A stretch of 41,119 bases of DNA from a virus (lineage: Duplodnaviria; Heunggongvirae; Uroviricota; Caudoviricetes), in the IMG/VR virus record IMGVR_UViG_3300043410_001642, positions 1 through 41,119 of that record. The stretch is one strand, 5' to 3'. This document shows positions 38,406-41,119 of this stretch, piece after piece. Every line of letters starts with the position of its first letter. Positions within the stretch are counted from its first letter, which is position 1. Below the pieces are notes generated by a model. The model made no database searches. It was not told where the DNA came from and was given only the letters and a program-made list of their open reading frames with translations. The position numbers and the translations under genes are program-made.

Positions 38406-39683
38406 ATGAAATTAAAACATATACTTAATCCATCTCCTATTGTAGAATCTGACCTTAAGGTTGGAAATATGTATATGGTGCATGGGTATCCTCTTCTAAA
38501 AGGATTATTCCCAAACAAATACTATAAAATTCATTCTATTGATGGAGATGATGTAACTCTTCAACAAGTTAATCAATTTGGTAAAATAACCAATTTATCA
38601 AATGCTCCAGTAACACATAAATTATCTTCAATTAAGGCATCAGTTCAAAGTATTGGAAATGGTGATGCAAATGGTTTAGAATTAACAAACGAAGCAACTG
38701 CATCTGAAATTGTGAAAGATTTGGATAAAGTTAGAAATGATTTAATTAAAAAAGTAGATGTATTAATTGCTAAAAAGAAGAAACTTTATTCTAATGTAGA
38801 TATTGAATCACCAATGAGTGCTGATGAGAAACAATTAGATAAAGATATACAATCTATATTTTCACAAATTCAACAAATAATTCAACAAAAAAGAAGTTTG
38901 AAAAGTGAATCCGTAAAAGAAAATAAAATGATGAAATTAAAAGATGTCTTAAAAGAATCTGCTGGGTTTAACAAAAAGATAAAGAGTGATTTGGATTCAT
39001 ATTTAAAAGATTTTAAAAGTGGTACTCCTACACATCAATGGGCTGTTAAAGAAATATTAAAAAGTGCATTAACTGATGCAAATTTTCATAGTGCAGCTAA
39101 GAAAGTAGATTCATTATTTTCTAGAGCTAAATACGAAGAAGATTCTGCTAAAGAAAAATCATATCAAAACGCGGTAGAAAGAAAAGGTAGAGAAATTGCT
39201 AATAAAGCAAAATGGGATGGATATGAAATCATAGATGCTATATCATTTTATACATCAATGACAATAGGTCATCCACTTGGACAAAAAATAAATTCATTAA
39301 AGGAAGGAACAATTCCTCAACATATTAATAAAGTTGAATCTAAATTATCACTTAAAACTCTTATGAACGAAGCAAAGTTTCCGGTATATCACAAAACATA
39401 TACATCTGCTATTAGTTCAGCATTAGACTGGGTTGAAAAAATGGGGTATGAATATGATGAAGAAGAAACTGCGAGAGAAATAGGAATGGGGCCAAAAAAA
39501 CCATCCGAAGGTAAAACAAATAGATTTTCTATTTCATTAACTAAAAAAGGTAAGCCGGTAAAACAACATTTACAAATACAGGTTTACAATATGGGAACAT
39601 TCAAAAGAAACTCTGATGGTTCTAAGACTAGAAGTATGTGGGGTGGACAAAATGAATATGAATTAAATTGTTATATAGGGTAG
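38406..39683 (+). CDS. modular polyprotein, putative internal head protein
   Basis: MKLKHIL..IVE leader; junctions LTNE, ESVKE, VLKE, LMNE; first module homologous to one in 37065-38114; ends YELNCYIG. Confidence 0.7.
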   Translation: MKLKHILNPSPIVESDLKVGNMYMVHGYPLLKGLFPNKYYKIHSIDGDDVTLQQVNQFGKITNLSNAPVTHKLSSIKASVQSIGNGDANGLELTNEATASEIVKDLDKVRNDLIKKVDVLIAKKKKLYSNVDIESPMSADEKQLDKDIQSIFSQIQQIIQQKRSLKSESVKENKMMKLKDVLKESAGFNKKIKSDLDSYLKDFKSGTPTHQWAVKEILKSALTDANFHSAAKKVDSLFSRAKYEEDSAKEKSYQNAVERKGREIANKAKWDGYEIIDAISFYTSMTIGHPLGQKINSLKEGTIPQHINKVESKLSLKTLMNEAKFPVYHKTYTSAISSALDWVEKMGYEYDEEETAREIGMGPKKPSEGKTNRFSISLTKKGKPVKQHLQIQVYNMGTFKRNSDGSKTRSMWGGQNEYELNCYIG

Positions 39684-39730
39684 GTAATAAAGGTTATGCT
39701 AGATTGTAACATTAAAAAAGTTTTAACAAA

Positions 39731-39859
39731 ATGGCAAAAGCAAAAGGTTCAGCATCATCTCAAAAAGTTACATTTGGTAAAAGAGGAAAGGGTAAATACA
39801 AAAAAAGTTATGGCCCTAAAGCTCAAAAACCAAAAAGATATCGTGGTCAAGGAAGATAA
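39731..39859 (+). CDS. 42-aa highly basic small protein (not in ORF track)
   Basis: MAKAKGSASSQKVTFGKRGKGKYKKSYGPKAQKPKRYRGQGR, A-rich start context, followed by terminator. Confidence 0.7.
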   Translation: MAKAKGSASSQKVTFGKRGKGKYKKSYGPKAQKPKRYRGQGR

Positions 39860-39890
39860 CAATATATTAGAGAGATAGACAAATTCCGAA

Positions 39891-39920
39891 GGGGGGCGGG
39901 GGGTATCCTCTTCCCCTTTT
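39891..39920 (+). terminator. intrinsic terminator-like hairpin
   Basis: GGGGGGCGGGGGG-TAT-CCTCTTCCCC can pair with G-U wobble and one bulge, followed by TTTT; conspicuous G/C patch in an AT-rich window. Confidence 0.6.
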
Positions 39921-39964
39921 CCCTTTGTCCTCCAACCTAAATTTTTTTGATAGTATTTATAGAT

Positions 39965-40414
39965 ATGATAAAATTAACACAATTATTAAAAGAAGCACAT
40001 GAGCACGATAGAGATATGGTCGTTGGTGTAGCGGAGATTCTTCGTATGGTAGATGATATTGATAATAGAGATGATATCGCCGATGAGATGATGGATAAAT
40101 TTGATAGAGAGGGAGTTGATTACGATGTTGATGAATTTCTTCAAATGTGTGGGTTGAGTTCATTGGAAGAGGCCGCTCCGATGTTAAATAAACCTAAAGT
40201 ATCAAAAGCACCAAAAGGTGTTAAGAAACAACCTCTACCTCAAAGTGAAAAACCAACGGATGTAACGGATAAGATTAAGAATGCACAAACTCGTTTGAGT
40301 ATAATTCGAAAGCAATTAACTCTCCCACATACATCGGATGCAAAGACGAAATTACAAAAGAGAATCATCAAAACACAGGATACAATAAAGAACCTAAACG
40401 CAAAGAAAGGGTAA
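39965..40414 (+). CDS. two-module (acidic then basic) protein with MIKLTQLLKE leader
   Basis: Start set to ATG 39965 just after TATTTATA 39954-39961; LEE junction between modules. Confidence 0.7.
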   Translation: MIKLTQLLKEAHEHDRDMVVGVAEILRMVDDIDNRDDIADEMMDKFDREGVDYDVDEFLQMCGLSSLEEAAPMLNKPKVSKAPKGVKKQPLPQSEKPTDVTDKIKNAQTRLSIIRKQLTLPHTSDAKTKLQKRIIKTQDTIKNLNAKKG

Positions 40415-40471
40415 AAAATTTATCGTTTTTTACACCCATTAGATATATATAATAGAACAAACACTATTAAA

Positions 40472-41119
40472 ATGGGTGAAAATGAAAATGAAGATAAGCC
40501 GGTAGAAAAGGTATATGTCTTCAATAGGAATTACAAAGAATATTACGAAAAGAAAGCAAGAGAAGAATCGGAAAAGAATTGGAGACCGCCGGCTCAAGGT
40601 GGGATTCTTCGTAGAGGTAAATTATCTCGTCCCCTATTACAATCGGAAATAGAAGATATGCAAAAACAAGCACAATCGGCAAAACATTGTGCCCGTTTGT
40701 TAGGAGTATCATATCCAACCTATAAGAAGTATGCCAAAATGTATGGTATATTTGATAATTGTAAGAACGAAGCGGGAGTTGGAATTAAGAAGTTAAATAA
40801 GGGTAGAAAGAGTTGGGCTTTGGAAAACATCTTAGAAGGGAACAACCCATCATATCCTAATTGGAAATTAAAAAGAAGGTTACTTCAAACGGGTTATATG
40901 CCCCAAGTATGTGCGAATTGTGGATACGATGAATGTAGAGTAACTGATAACAAAGTTCCACTTCTTTTGGATTATATGGATGGAAATCGTAAAAACCACA
41001 AATGGGATAACCTCCGTATGTTGTGTTACAATTGTTGGTTTCAGATAAATGGGGATTTGTTTGGAAGAGCAATGAGAAATGTGAAGAAGGATGCGTGGGA
41101 TTATCAATACATACATAAA
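40472..41119 (+). CDS. HTH plus HNH-like zinc-binding protein, partial (runs off window end)
   Basis: Own translation: SAKHCARLLGVSYPTYKKYAKMYG (HTH), CANCG...LLLDYMDGNRKNHKWDNLRMLCYNC (HNH-like); open for 216 codons to window end. Confidence 0.8.
   Translation, partial: MGENENEDKPVEKVYVFNRNYKEYYEKKAREESEKNWRPPAQGGILRRGKLSRPLLQSEIEDMQKQAQSAKHCARLLGVSYPTYKKYAKMYGIFDNCKNEAGVGIKKLNKGRKSWALENILEGNNPSYPNWKLKRRLLQTGYMPQVCANCGYDECRVTDNKVPLLLDYMDGNRKNHKWDNLRMLCYNCWFQINGDLFGRAMRNVKKDAWDYQYIHK

Noticed and set aside
39696-39878. 60-aa ORF MLDCNIKK...
   Set aside because: Overlaps the more protein-like 42-aa ORF 39731-39859 in another frame, which has better start context
39888-39932. G-quadruplex or triplex element
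   Set aside because: Only two G runs; more simply explained as a terminator hairpin with U tract
5681-39964. Longer ORF-track starts at 5681, 9968, 20817, 31314, 39947
   Set aside because: Downstream ATGs fit better: they overlap or abut upstream stops, or avoid placing the start inside a promoter
2149-41072. All minus-strand ORFs in the track (60-109 aa)
   Set aside because: Each lies antisense to a well-supported + strand gene, with no recognisable motifs; shadow ORFs
17071-41116. Nested + strand ORFs 17071-17340, 17512-17736, 21693-21953, 40880-41116
   Set aside because: Alternative frames inside conserved genes, no independent support
1-41119. Stop-codon reassignment
   Set aside because: Core genes are full length under code 11 and TAG ends genes at 162, 11128, 24948, 30247 and 39683; no sign of in-frame read-through
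1-41119. tRNA, rRNA or other structured RNA genes
   Set aside because: Intergenic gaps are at most about 120 bp and very AT-rich; no cloverleaf or recognisable RNA motif seen

Overview
41 kb of a very AT-rich, almost fully coding, single-strand (+) large tailed-phage (T4-like replisome) genome segment. Four TTG-N20-TATATTT(G/A) promoters and SD-less A-rich starts point to a Bacteroidota host. Layout: (1) 0.3-21.2 kb replication and nucleotide metabolism (gp32-like SSB, UvsX/RecA, 5'-3' exonuclease, gp41/DnaB helicase, NrdB-NrdA-thioredoxin, family B polymerase, clamp and clamp loader, Cas4-like nuclease), interleaved with a candidate DNA-modification set (two SPPY amino-methyltransferases, a PLP fold-II enzyme, an MTA/SAH nucleosidase, and a glycosyltransferase coupled to the polymerase); (2) 21.2-32.9 kb glycan cluster (six glycosyltransferases, Gmd, sugar C-methyltransferase, two further methyltransferases) headed by an RHH regulator; (3) 33-40.4 kb putative late region of modular proteins with a shared M-(I)-K-L-x-x-[IL]-[IL]...E N-terminus and internal ES[IV]NE/[ILV]xE junctions. 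This third region is the most novel signal: it looks like head-packaged polyproteins built from shufflable cassettes joined by a 16-bp DNA repeat and cut by a gp21-type prohead protease. The window ends in an HTH-HNH gene whose nuclease site looks inactivated. No tRNA, CRISPR array, intron, intein or code reassignment was seen. All family calls are from motif recognition by eye; no searches were run.
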